Assembly (NCBI GenBank): GCA_973851085.1
Contig: OZ316776.1
Span: 15,376,001 to 15,440,000 of the forward strand
Source of the DNA: Ptychomitrium polyphyllum
Lineage: Eukaryota
Reading direction: 5' to 3'
DNA: 64,000 nt
Shown: in pieces, positions 1 to 12,837 of the stretch
How the letters are laid out: every line of letters begins with the position of its first letter
Numbering within the stretch: position 1 is the first letter of the stretch
Notes under the pieces: model-generated
Seen by the model: only the letters and a program-made list of their open reading frames with translations
Databases searched by the model: none
Told to the model about the DNA's origin: nothing
Made by a program: the position numbers and the translations under genes

Positions 1-1967
1 AATCTTGATTCTAAAGTTTGTTTGGAATTTCAGGTCTAAATAAAGGAATATCTCCTTAGCTAGAGTAGAACTAAAAATATTTGAAAATCAATTTGAGCTT
101 TAAAAATGAGTGTCTGGTGCTGAACTCTTTTTATAAAAGTTTTTTAAATTTTTCAACTTGCAAATGCTACAAGTTAACTTATTCATGACGCTTCAAAATC
201 ATTGAATAAGTAAAATTCAACCTCTTAACTCCACTTTGAGTCTTTTCTTTGATCATTGATTTGAACATGAAAATGAGAGCTTAGGGCCAAATCCATTTTT
301 GCAAAGCTTCTTGTATTTATATTATACTTATTTATTTTGTTTGAATTTTCAAAATGCAAAAGATGTCTTTGATCAACTCCAATACTAAGTCAGAGGATTC
401 TCAACAATCTTGAAGTGCCTTGCAAATTTAGTGGATGCTAATGAGGATGAGAGAGTGAGATGGCGCCATCAAATGTTAGATTACCTCTCAATTTTGAACA
501 ACATGCACGTCTTCAACAATTAGTTCTATATTCTTTTGTATAGGATTATTTTCCTTCCACAAGTGCATCCTATTTAGAAGATAGACATTCAATCTTTGAA
601 AAAGCGCTTCATTAATGGATATATAGATGGAGTCAAGTCATTATACATTTCAATTCATGATGATAAGGAGAATTCCATTGTAAAAAATTTATACTATCCA
701 ATGAATAAACTTATATCTTAAATTTGATTAAAAGAATGTTGTTTGAATAATGGTGATGGATATCAAATATATATTTTCTACTTAATTCCAAAAATCTTTA
801 TTACTTCATCATCATAGCTTAGCCAATGAAATAAAAGCGTGTAGATTTTTATTAATTGGTATTATTATTCAACCATCAATAAATTCAATTTTAAAACAAT
901 GAGATGATATAGAATTAAATTATAGGTATATGTATTGTTAAAAGTGTATGCTTTTCTATTTGTAAAGTTAATGAAGCATGCATGCAAATTAATTGTGTTT
1001 AATTATTAAAAAAAATAAGAACTCAATATTCCTTACAATGGAACAAAACAAGAATTTTGGAACTATAATAGTCTGTATTGATTTAACTCAAATCAAATTA
1101 AATGATTTATAAAATATGCAATCTAAATTTAAATTTAGTGTCTTTTGACTATTATGGCTCATCTATTGATAAGAAATTTACTATAAAACTATAAAAACAT
1201 AACAATCATCTTTAATAAATTTAACTTTTTAAAAATTTATTTCATTTTTAAGATTATTTTGGAACTATACAATTTCCCATAATGAACATGATGTTTAAGA
1301 AGGAAATTGCTATATACTAAAGTTCTATTGAAAACATAGCTAGTGCAATGAACCTATTATTTTCATCCTTAATATACTAATAGAATGTACCTTATAATAA
1401 CACTGACAACATGGAGCCTTATTGCACCAACACTTATTCTTAAGCATGAAGTTTTAACTATTGATGAATGTAAGAGGACCTTGGTTGCAGGTCTTAAATT
1501 TACATTTTACAGACCATGGTATGAATCTGCAGAGATCCACTGGCTGGTGTGTTTGAGAATAGCATGCCACCAGATGTGACTTCCCTTGAAGGTAAGAGCA
1601 ACGAGGTCCTTATTGTGTAAGGGACAGGAAATACTACACCAGGAAGATAGCCCAGCTTCACATTATCGACAAATATGGTTTTAGATTTTTCAAGTGTTTC
1701 AGAATCCAGAAATGACCACTTCAGTCCCAGGAATTTCTGGTTGATTGTTCACAAAACCACCACATTGCTCAAGCCTCACTAAAGTCTGAAAGTTTAAAAT
1801 CAGGGTTTGAATACCGGTACTAAGTGCCAAGTAGCGAGTGCAAATAATTGAGGTTGATCAAATTGTAGCGACAAAGGCATATTATCAAGTTTACATTTCC
1901 AAGTTGCGAGTCTCACAGAAGAGTAAAGCCAGACGGTGTCCAGGAACTGAAGGAGAGGGCCAACTTA

Positions 1968-4900
1968 TCATAGTGTTTCTATAACTGCAAATCGCCGCCG
2001 TGCATAGTCGAACACCATGCGACACTTCATTAGCAGATCTCCACATAGAAGTCCTGATATGTATTCGGAGGTGTCCAAGTTTCCAGCATTCTCCCGAGCA
2101 AGCATTACCTTCACCTGCAAATTTATGAATAGGTGAATCAAGGTAGATAAAACAACATCCAGTCCAAACGGCCGTATCGTTTCAAACAATAACCCACACC
2201 TTACAAACCAGAACCTACATCATCAAAGAATTACTACATCACATTCAAAGATCTGTAGCCGCTGTAAAACTGATTTGGTTGAAGCAAATAAAGCTACCAT
2301 TTGAGGAGACGAACAAGACAGTGAAAGAGAGAGAAGAAGAATTTGAACTTGACGGTTACCTGCTTAAATGATCGCCCTGCTATTGTCAGTTGGTCCAGTA
2401 TGCCCACTGTTACCTGTTTTGATCAGTGGGCAAGTTATATCAATGGCGTAGTTCTTCTCATGATATGATCAAAGCCATCTGCTAATTAACGGCTAAAGTT
2501 CACTAATACTAGGTTGACGTCCTTGAATGAATAGTGAGGTCTTTCTTAATGATATGACATCAGCAAAAGTCAATGACTTGGAATAGATACAGCTTGAACT
2601 TCTGGATCTGAAGTACCTCAAGATTTTTGCCCGATGCATCGATACCCATTAGTTTAGCATAAGTTTCTGAGTGTATAGAATTTAAAAGCTCAAATTCCTT
2701 CACAGCACGCCCATGAAAGATGACGTCCACACCCCCAGCTCCGGTATCAAGCATGAATTGAGTGGTATGGCCGTTGAAAGTGGCCGATACGAATGGCACA
2801 CTTTCCATCAATCGCAGAGTCTGGAACATCTAATGGTTTCACTTACAGTGGCTATTAGGGTGTGAACATGTATTGTCAAGAAATAAAGTCTACCTAATTA
2901 CAGTTACAATTCTAGAGACTACGTCTGCAGATTCATTAGCCGCTTTGAAAGCAAAATTGCGGTACTCACATGCCATTGTAGCGATTCAGAATACAATAGT
3001 ATGTAAGTTGATGGATCAAACAGCGACATAATGCCTTCATCATAAGCCATCTGAACACAAACAACAGGAATCAATTCTCTCATAGTAAATGATGACGATG
3101 AACTACACTACCAGAAGAACTTAATAATATTTCGACTAACAAAACTTAGTCAGCTGCACATACCTCGACGATACACCCTGCAAATATATCATATCCGCAC
3201 ATGCCTACTACGAGCGGATCTCCCCCCACAAGCCCCGACACAGGTATCTGCATATTTACGACAACACAAAGCATTGCCATATCTCAAAACACCTCTATCC
3301 CTGCATGCACATAGTGCATGAGCACCCTTGCAGGATCTTTTTGGTATTCTGAACAAGAGAAATGTAAGGAGAAATTTTGTAGGGCCATGCGAGCTCTGAA
3401 ACTAGCATTGGATTTTATATAATGAAACAAGCAGAAATCCAGCGAAGGAATTAAGAATCAAGATTTTTTCGGTCGAAAGACCATGCACTCTCAGAGGACT
3501 TTATCTGAGGAAAGTAGCGAGGAAATTACCTCCATGAATACCGGATTTGTAATTTGAAGTTGACCAAGCTGAAAGGTGTTCGCTCGGCAGTATTGGCTTT
3601 TGACCTGAACAATTTTCAGAATCGCTTGCTCGTCAGCTATCCACGTCCAATTTCGATAAGTCAGAAGTATAATGAAGAAGGTATAAATGAAAGGATCTAC
3701 CGTACCACGCCATTTACACCTGTGATATAGATCTCCCCGAACATTGATAAACCGAGCTCCCTTGCCTGCAAAGAAATCCTTTTCTGAGCAACCACACTAA
3801 ACAAAAGTACACGCAGCTACTGGAGCGCAGCCTGATACTTATCAATAAAAGAATGAGCGTGACTGTAAGAGCGCAGAAAGGATGTACGAGGAAAAGTCTG
3901 AAACCATCACATGGGTACATGTGTCACCTCGCCAGTTTTCTGTTTGTTCCTACTTTCCAAGATTTACTATCATCGCAGCCTGAGGTCAAAGTAGAGGGCG
4001 TTCTATGAGCTCCCAGCAAATGTTCCCACAAAATCCCCAACTAAGAAAATGTAAAGAGTGGCTACCTTTTGTGGCGCAATAATGAGGCTGCTAGCACCTG
4101 TGTCCACGATGAAGTAGCTGAAGCCCAACACTAATATTCTTTTACTACTACACGCCAAAGTTCAAGCATCTTGCAAAAACACTCATTGCGGCTCAGGAAA
4201 CGATCGATCGACCAACAAGAAATTGGAGAATGGTAGCATACCCTACGGTTTTGCCATCCACGAGTGGTTGCACGAGATAATGGCCACTATCTGATCTCAA
4301 CATCTGCACAACTTATCAGAAACAATCGGCCTGAGTAGGTCAGATGTGTGCACCTCCTACCAGTACTGGCTTCAGGCATACGTCAGGAAATTATTAATAA
4401 TACAGCCAATACTTACTGGAACAGAAGGTAAGCAAGAGGGATCAACGTTCACGTGAAGATGATTCTCTTGAGGCCTCGGGACGACTGGAAGAGTCGGCAA
4501 AGAATAGGAGAAACCTGGCTGCAACTCAGCTCTGGTCTTCCCTTCATCGCTGCAGCTCTTCATCGAGCATTCTCGTACCAAATACACTTCCTTGTTTTCA
4601 GAGGTTTGGATAAGAACGCTTGAGAATGGAAAGAGATGTCTCTGTCCTGCCTGTATGGATCCAACTTTCTCTGTTGATCAGAACACGGAGATGAGAGTCG
4701 AAACGCTCATTGACACAATTTAATGAATATAAGAAATTTTCCAGCGGTTTCTTTCTAGTACATGGAGCTGAAAGACACAGCATGTGTCTAGGTAAAAGCA
4801 ACAAGAAACATATAAAGTGCCCAATTACAGGCAATCAAACAAATCCTCCAAAAGTTCTCACCACAAGGGGTTTCCAATCAAAATACTGCCACTTGCTCGA

Positions 4901-6104
4901 CCCTCCGAATGCCCTGATGACAGCTCGCAAGGGGAACATTGTTGTGGCATCAACAACGACGTATGCCACCACCTATAGTACAACATTTCAATAAAAATAC
5001 GAAACAACCATCCAACGCGCCCATCCCTCTTCAGTTTCGTGAATCAATTCGGATTTGAGGGTTTGGTGGGCCTACATTGATTGCAAAAGAGACACCAAAA
5101 AACTGCGCACCTTATCCTTACCTCATCCTGGACACCATACAGCTCTCCTAGTTCCTGAGCAACGTTCATGCTACTTCAACAATTCTGTTCACATGAATAC
5201 AGATTTCAAATGAAACTGACATACCTTGCCATCTTTCAGTTGAACCGACAATGTGAACTCCGTGGAAGATGCGGTCCTGTCCACACCCAGAACATCATCC
5301 TGCACCAGACGTATGCGCAGCTGCTTCCGGCATTCCATCGTCACCCAGAAGCTCGTGCGAATCCATGCGGTCAGAAGACAGACCTGCATCGAGAGTCTAA
5401 CATTCAGTCTCAAGAGCGCTCACGCCAGGAACTCCAGCTGAAATACCAAATCCTAAACCTCTGAATCTCTTCTCACCTCTCGGTCATCAAGCTCCAACAC
5501 AGAACACCGCCCAGCAGCATCAATAGCCCACGGCTCTAACGTCCCTCCATCCCATCCCCACTCTATTGTCATCTCCACCCCATCGAATTGCTCCCAGAAC
5601 CGGCCATCGCCATTCCGCCACCTCAGTACCCAGTCCCCCTCCATCGCCAACAGCGTCTGCTTGCCTGCATTGGACCACAAGATTGGGTGTCTAGCCATTT
5701 TCAAAGCTACAAAACAGAGACTTCCCAACTTCCCAACAAAAGATTTCAAGCCGATGCTCACCTGATACCGTGATCTCTTTTTCGCTGCAAATCTCGTTGG
5801 CGCCAATAGCTTCACATATCCTGTCGATGTAGTATTCCCCCTCGCGCTCATTATCATCACCGCTGGAGCTTCGTAACTCATTGTCATGACTAGAATCGAA
5901 TTGCACGAAGGCATGGATTCTGCTCTGATGGGCGGAAACAGTGCGCAAATCATTACAACTATGTGTGTGATGCAGAAGAGGTAGACGAGGAGATGTGAAT
6001 GGTATCCGTTTCTTCTCTCTCAACCGCGTTTTCAAAACTCCCCCACATAATGCAGCCGGCGAAGATGTACGGTGCTGAAGGCATTTTAGAAATGGCAGTC
6101 TCAT
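1968..6104 (-). CDS. Tandem retropepsin-like (clan AA) aspartic protease of bacterial type, with N-terminal LolA-like-looking domain and probable plastid/mitochondrial transit peptide; 14 exons, ~617 aa
   Basis: GT-AG exons join in frame: 6104-5762, 5664-5477, 5383-5225, 4972-4862, 4650-4417, 4303-4242, 4117-4066, 3765-3706, 3604-3530, 3247-3164, 3050-2970, 2820-2617, 2413-2360, 2114-1968 (TGA). Lobe 1: GHYLVQPLVDGKTVGYFIVDTGASSLII...VGMCGYDIF. Lobe 2: PFVSATFNGHTTQFMLDTGAGG...SGLLCGDLL...VFDYARRRF. The N-terminus is Arg/Ser/Leu-rich with almost no acidic residues. The start ATG at 6104 is inferred. Confidence 0.85.
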
Positions 6105-9100
6105 GTTCGATACCAAACTCTCAACTGTGCAAAACCTGCAAACGAATCACTCACAAGGCACGTCGAACTGTGAACTGCAATGCAACGCCAACAATGAACG
6201 AATCCTCGTTTGATTCTTCGGTTTGAGACATAAGCTAGGTCTATCTAGGAAGCGCCACAAAACCCAAGTGCACATGCTCTAGACTTCGGATATGGCGCGA
6301 CCATAACGTAACTGCAAGTTCGAAGAACATTTGGGATTCCAAGGAACATTTCTGTTCATTCATCCAAAGTTCGTGAACTAGGTCAGCCGCAGAGGCCGCG
6401 AGCATTTCCAAGTTGATATGGAGGTTCCACCGACTAACTGTACAGGACAGTACAGGAAACAAGCACTCTGTCGGCATCCCATCAAGACCTATGTTGTTCT
6501 TCACACTCAAGTGTACGGTTTCTTCCCGGCTACTTTAAATGTGTGATTCTGCGGTTGTCTGTTGCCATTTATGATCGATCTGCAAGTCGACCTATGCATC
6601 CCTACGGAGTCGCTGTTTTTCGCAAGCGAGGGAGGAGACATTGCACAATCTGCGTACTGGTGGTGCCCTTCTTGTGAGATATTATCTTGTTTCTTCTGAG
6701 AATCTTGGCTAATCTGTGGCTGAGAATGTTTTACCGCCAACCATATCATGATAGAAAAACAGTCTGCGGCTTGCCATTTTGATGTGAAAAATCATACCGA
6801 ATCAGTTGCTTGAATAGGGCTTGTAAACCTGTTGTTCATTTGTCTGTTCTGGATTCAGCTAGTTTTGTTGGTAGTTTGCAACAAGTGGCGTTGACTTTAA
6901 AACAGGAGGGACACAGGATATTAGTAGTTGGTTACTTTCTTAGCACGTTTTTTTGTTTCCTCTAGGTTCCTTCATTTTGGTTCCGAAATTGGAAAGTTTG
7001 CGGTAAGTCATTCCCTAGCTGGCTCGTCCACTCATGGTATAATATCTCTGCCCTTGTATTGGAGGTACCGTTCGTTCCAACAGGAGAGCTTCCCTCATGC
7101 TTTCATGATTCCTGGGACAATTATGGAGCAATTGTGGAGATGTAAGAAATCTGATCAACCTTTATCCTATCCTTGAGTTATCTTCTGTTGTAGAGTGTAA
7201 CGATGCTTTTGATAATTTGAGTAGTACTCAAAATCAATTCTGTACACCTCAATTAATCTACCGTGGCTTTGTTGCTGAGGACGTTTTCTACTGTTGGGAC
7301 TAATTTTTTTTGGGACTACTGATAGAATTTGCTTAGAGCTTTGCAAAGTCGATGACGGGTTTTTTGGGAATAGTGAGATATTACGATCTAAATCATCGTT
7401 GTTTCTGCACTCTAACTAGCAGCTGGATGCAAATATCGATGCCAGGTGAGAAGCTGCCCTTTAATATAATCCAGCGGCTGTGGTTGCTTGTGCTCTTGTT
7501 TCGGATCCTACACAAGTGATATTGCATCAATATATACTTTATTGGTGCATTACTTCTAAGAATCACTGAAAATTTACGTTAATCTCATTGTTTTATTCAT
7601 ACATTAGAATGTCTTGTATTCTTCATATACTTCTATGAGTACCTATTAAAGTCCAAGTGATTTAAATGCTCCTCTATCACTTTCTAAGTTTTTGGCTTCC
7701 CTGAAAATTTTGGTACGGCTTTTTTGTAGCAGATTGAGCAATGAAATGATCATTTGTCTCGCTTTTGAATCCAAGCACGGAATCCTTTTAAACCACAGTG
7801 GTTTCAATTTTCATTCCATCATAGAAAACCTTGTCGATAGTGTTGTTCATCACTGAAAGAACTCTCAGCAACCCTGATGAATTTGAAGATTTTGTCCTAC
7901 GCAAACCTTGGGAATAATGCTCATGAACTTTAAGTGTCACGTTGATGAAATTGTAGTCTAGATACTTGGAACATAACGTTGTTAGCTTATAAGACGATTA
8001 CATGTAAATGGCATACACATCCAACATGTTAGCATGTAGGTTTTAAAAGATATGCTCATACTTCATGCAATCCTCATGGTGATAATTCACGACGTCAAGA
8101 TAGTAGCTAAGCTGCACATGGTCAAGGTCTCTATTAATGAGAATGTGATTTTAAAGACATTAAGAAACTTACAGCTTCTGAAGAGAGCCTAGCTCTGAGC
8201 TGTTCCAGAATTCGAGAGCAGCTGTCAACTAATTGCGAGAAAGATCCACCACCGCAGGAGTCGTAGTTATATTTGTTCTCCTATCAATTCCCGATGATAA
8301 CAAACTGATCCAGTAAAAGAATTCCTGCTCAAAGTTCTGGAGAATACGTGCACACACAAAAGTTAAGTATTTGTCGGTTTGACTTAAAGGTGGGCGTCAC
8401 ATTCTTTATCTCGATTGTTTTTAAACGGAGGTGCAGAAGTGCCATCTGAAATTCTCCTAAAAGAGGAAGACAACACTTTCTCCATGCTTATGTGGTTGGC
8501 TCTCCACTCTCTGAAGGAAATCAGGATGCTCCAAGATAGGTATTGACTGCAAGAGTTCACGTCACAATCAGAAGGTCATGTCACTCACAGAGTTTGGAGG
8601 TTCCTGATCATGGTGAGAGCCGGCAGAGTTGCGCTGAGATTGTTTTGGGATAGATTCCTGCACGCAACCAGAACCAAATCTGGGACTCATTCCCTCAAAT
8701 CTGGTGCTCATTCCCTCATGTTTAACGTGATAATAACATGTCTAAACCGTCAATACGTCAAATTGAATAGCTCATACCTCAAGCAAGTTCACATCTCAAA
8801 ATCGTCGAAACTCAGTTGATCTGAACCATCACCACAGATCTACTTGGCATCAACACTCAACACTTACACTGTAAGTAAAGAAGGCATCACTGACAGATTT
8901 GGCAATGCCCCGGTGAACCTGTTAGTTGACAAATCCCTGAAAACTCCCAACAGTGCAGTACATAGATTACAGGATCAGTCAAGAATTCAGGGACTCTGAC
9001 GGAATCGAGCAACATGTTCACTTAGCAATACACTAAACCAGACACTGGTCGCAACAACCGCATTCTGGTAGTGCGAAGTCACAAATCAACTCAAATGAAC

Positions 9101-9793
9101 TGTTCCGGTCTCTTACATGCATCTTAGATGCAGTATTCGAAAATAAGGGCAGTTTCGTTCCAGAGTATGTATCAATGGTTAAAAGAATCAGAAAGCCCAA
9201 GCATTGGGTGATGCAACTCACAGACTTTGGAGGTTGTTGACCATAGTCAGAGTTGGCAAGGTGCTATTACATTAGTTTGCATCAGTGATTTCGGGGTTGA
9301 CTCTATGAAACTAGCTACTGTCAAAACCCATCATCAATGATAGCATGGGGTTCTTTTTCAGAAATGGATTTCTCCGTTAGTTTCAAAAGAAAGAAGAAAA
9401 AAAAAAACCACCGAAGTCTAATTTTGTGGAGCTTTGGAAAGGTTTTACCCAAGGAGTTATTCACGGATCGTGATGAGGTCCACAAAACAAACGGTATGCT
9501 TGTTAGAGACCTGAGGTGTGTCCACTGGTACAAGATGTAGACGAAACAGATTCTTTATTCATTATTCACAATGACCCATTGAAGGGTTGTAGTTCTTCTA
9601 TGTTGGAGTCACAATAATACTAAGCGTGATCAGACTCAGGGTTTAATAGGGGATGAGAATGGGGTAGGCTAGCAAGGGAGATGGAGGAATTAGAGAGGCG
9701 ATGTGGTCCACTTATTGGCACCCAAATAGTTCCAGCATAAGTTGTTAGTTTACGTGTGATGGATGCCTGTGTACAGAGCTGGAGGAAGCCATT

Positions 9794-11585
9794 TCAGCGA
9801 CGGAGGCTGCGAACTGGGAGTGTAGGGGAGTCTTCTGCCTTGAGACGCACTGCAGTGTAAGCGGTGGCGCCAGCGATCATGCCGAGGATGGGGCCCAAGA
9901 TGTAGATCCACAGGCTGGTGTAGTTGTTGGCGGCAATGGCAGGGCCAAGCGTGCGCACTGGATTCATTGATGCTCCTGATGTCGATCTGCGATGGGAGAA
10001 TCAGGGTTGGGGTTTAGGGTTAGGATAGATGGGAAGGAGAACAAAGCGATGGGTTTGAAGGGAAGCTCATATACCCGGCTATCATGATATTCATCATCAC
10101 GCACGCGCCAACTGCAATGCCTGCAAGCTCCCCAACCTGCGCATAAAACCAATTCTCAATGTGTGAGTTGTAGCAAAGAACACGTAAGGTTGCTTTGAAC
10201 ATATTGAATGAAATTGTTTTGAACTCATTGAACTCACGTAGTCCTGAAGTAATACTTTGGGGTTTCTTTAGTAGTTGTTGGTTTGTTAGAAAGCTTTCCT
10301 GGTTTACAGTGCTGTATGTGTTAACACTTGTTCAAGCCGGAGATACGAAACGGAATGTATTCTCGGGTCCCTCTTGAATAACATATGGGTTTTAACAGTA
10401 GCTGATTTCTTGCTTGATACTTCGAAGTGTAAAAAGCTTGATTTGTAATGACGAGCGTGTGAAATTGTTTTGAAATAGCATATCAGAATGGGCTGTTGAT
10501 ATAGGTTTTTGACTTTTTGTGAAGAGCTTAGAGGTTGATGATATGATGTCTAGGACTGCTTCATGGGCTAATGTTGAGCTGATTCTGTGAGAAAGATATT
10601 GAAAAATAGAAGAATGATATGCAAAAGAGTCAGTTGAGAATTTACAGCACGGGTGTCTGTTGCTACTGCTGTTATGACGAACATGAGATTGAAGGAGATG
10701 ATGAATTCCAGCACAAACGAGGACCACTCGGTTCCTTGCGGTAATGTCACACCACCATGCATGTAGGGGTTGAAGATGCCCTTTAGTGCAAACGATGCTG
10801 CAATGGAGCCCAGCACTTGTGCCGCTATGTAGAATGGTACCTGCACGCAAGAAGCAGGGCATGTTTACCCCATTTCATTTTTGGGGCAACATATAAGGAT
10901 AAACTTGGAAGTTGAGAAAAGCAATAAATGCATTGACACCTACTTGATGTTGGGAATGGGTTGCAATACATACCTGGACCCAAGGAAAGTGGCGAAGGCA
11001 AGCGAAGGATATAGTTATGGCCGGATTGACATGGGCACCTGAGATGTGGCCAGTGGATAAGATGATAATCATGATGGCCAGCCCGGCACTTGCAGCATTT
11101 CCAAGCAGAGTGACTGATCCTCCTGTCTTTTCATTCACGATGGGAGTGGCAGTGGCGGCGAATATTAACACAAAGGTCCCAATCAGCTCCGTTGCAACCT
11201 GGTTCCAGGACTAAAAAATTTGGGGTAAGGAAACTCAGCGAATTTATTCCATTATAGAAAGAACATTATCTTTAGCAGTGTTTGAAAAAATTATTAGCAT
11301 TATTGAAATGTTCAGCAGTATTAATGAGGCTATCGAATTGCTTTGGAAACAAACCTTGCGTCTGAGAGACACAGTGGGAGGGTACACAACAGGGGTGTTG
11401 AAGTAGCCGTTCTCGAGCATGTACTCCACCGGGAAGCACTTGACCGATGGACCACTATGAGTAGACAGTTGCCGTTCAAAACCTGCACTTTGGATTGAGA
11501 GCTGCATCTCTGGTGGAAGTGCAGTAATTGTTGGATTGATCGTAGGTAGAGCTTCTGCTGCTGTCGCCGTGTCCACCATCACCAT
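9794..11585 (-). CDS. NIP: Aquaporin, NIP II subgroup (NIP5/NIP6-like, boric-acid-channel type); 5 exons, ~301 aa
   Basis: Exons 11585-11355, 11198-10974, 10840-10646, 10136-10075, 9986-9794. Motifs [11 protein letters not shown] and [29 protein letters not shown]-terminal SLRR. The ar/R filter reads A-I-A-R. Confidence 0.96.
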
Positions 11586-11829
11586 CTTCCTTGTTCAGTG
11601 GCTATTTCAAGTACCTCTTAGTACAGTGTTGCTAGTGTAAAAACTGTGATAAGAATAAGCGTCTTGTTCTGCACTTCTACAGACTTGCTGCCGAATACGA
11701 ATTAGTTGATACAATCGTCAGGAGTGGAAGATTACGCTTGTAAAGTACATTCTGAAACAGGTGATTATGCGGGTTTATTTGTTTATTTTTATGTATTTTT
11801 TGGTTATGCGATGAGATGCTGGCAACACT

Positions 11830-11835
11830 TTACAT
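11830..11835 (-). promoter_or_regulatory. Minimal uORF (ATG-TAA) upstream of the NIP gene
   Basis: The minus strand reads CTTTCAACC-ATGTAA-AG about 245 nt upstream of the NIP ATG. Whether it lies in the mature 5'UTR is unknown. Confidence 0.4.
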
Positions 11836-12727
11836 GGTTGAAAGGCTTTTAGTAATACTTTATTAAGGAAGCGTGATTTTTGCCAATTCCGCTAGATTCA
11901 AATTTGACAGAAGCTGCAAGCTACACTTGATGCTAATATTTCTTGGTTTTCTTCTATGACAGACACTCTACGAGGTTCACGCTTCACATGTTCTATAGAT
12001 TTTTATGAAGGTACATTCAAAAGAGCGTATCCGTTGCAAAACAAATTGAATTTAAGCTAATGAAATAAAATTGAGGTAAGGTTTTACAGTAGTTGCTCAG
12101 TACGACAAAACAAGGTGAGGCCTATGAAACAAAAAGTAGTTCCAGGAAGACGCAATTGTGCGAAGTGTTAATAGACACGAGATGCAGGACTAAATCACAC
12201 AGACTGCACAAAGAGGGCAGAGGAGCTCAAATCATACGCAAATGATGCAGCAGCTAATAGAACTGGCTTAATTTACTAATCAAGTGTAAACTGCCTGTAA
12301 GCCTCTGAGTTGTCAGCTGTTCGAATGATGCCCAGGGACGTTTAGACTTCAAAGCTACAGGTTCAGAATTCGGTGACATAAACCACCAACTAGGAGGTCC
12401 AGAGGGATGCTAAGAGCATGGAGTACCTACAGTGGCATGTGCGATGCGACGCTGGTGTGCGAGAGAGCAACAACAGAGAGAACTTAATTTATGTGGTGAA
12501 AGTTTAGGTGACTGGCTGAAACGGCTTCGTACAAAGCAAATTTCGATCTTGCTGCCTACGCTAAAATCCATACAGGACCAGTGAGTTTGTTACGTTCCAG
12601 TACCTGATCCTGAGAAAAAGGTGAACAATATCAACTAAGGAGCATCGTCCTTAGTCTGTGAATGAAAAAAGTATTCAAACATGGAGATAATTGCGACAGA
12701 GCTGCTCCCCTTTCTACAAAACCCCTA

Positions 12728-12837
12728 AATGTTCATATTCGTTATATTGAGACATTTTAGAGTCTCAATTTATGACAAGACCAGGAATGGGAGTTTCAAA
12801 ATGCACATTTTGTCTCAATAAAACAGATATGAACATT
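12728..12837. mobile_element. 110-bp MITE-like element with 27-bp TIRs and 14-bp flanking direct repeat
   Basis: Left TIR AATGTTCATATTCGTTATATTGAGACA (12728-12754) matches the reverse complement of 12811-12837 (AATGTTCATATCTGTTTTATTGAGACA) at 24/27. Flanks are CTACAAAACCCCTA (12714-12727) and CTACTAAACCCCTA (12838-12851), 13/14 identical. Confidence 0.75.

Noticed and set aside
9279..9345. Possible miRNA-like hairpin downstream of the NIP gene
   Set aside because: The stem has too many mismatches and bulges and matches no miRNA I recognise.
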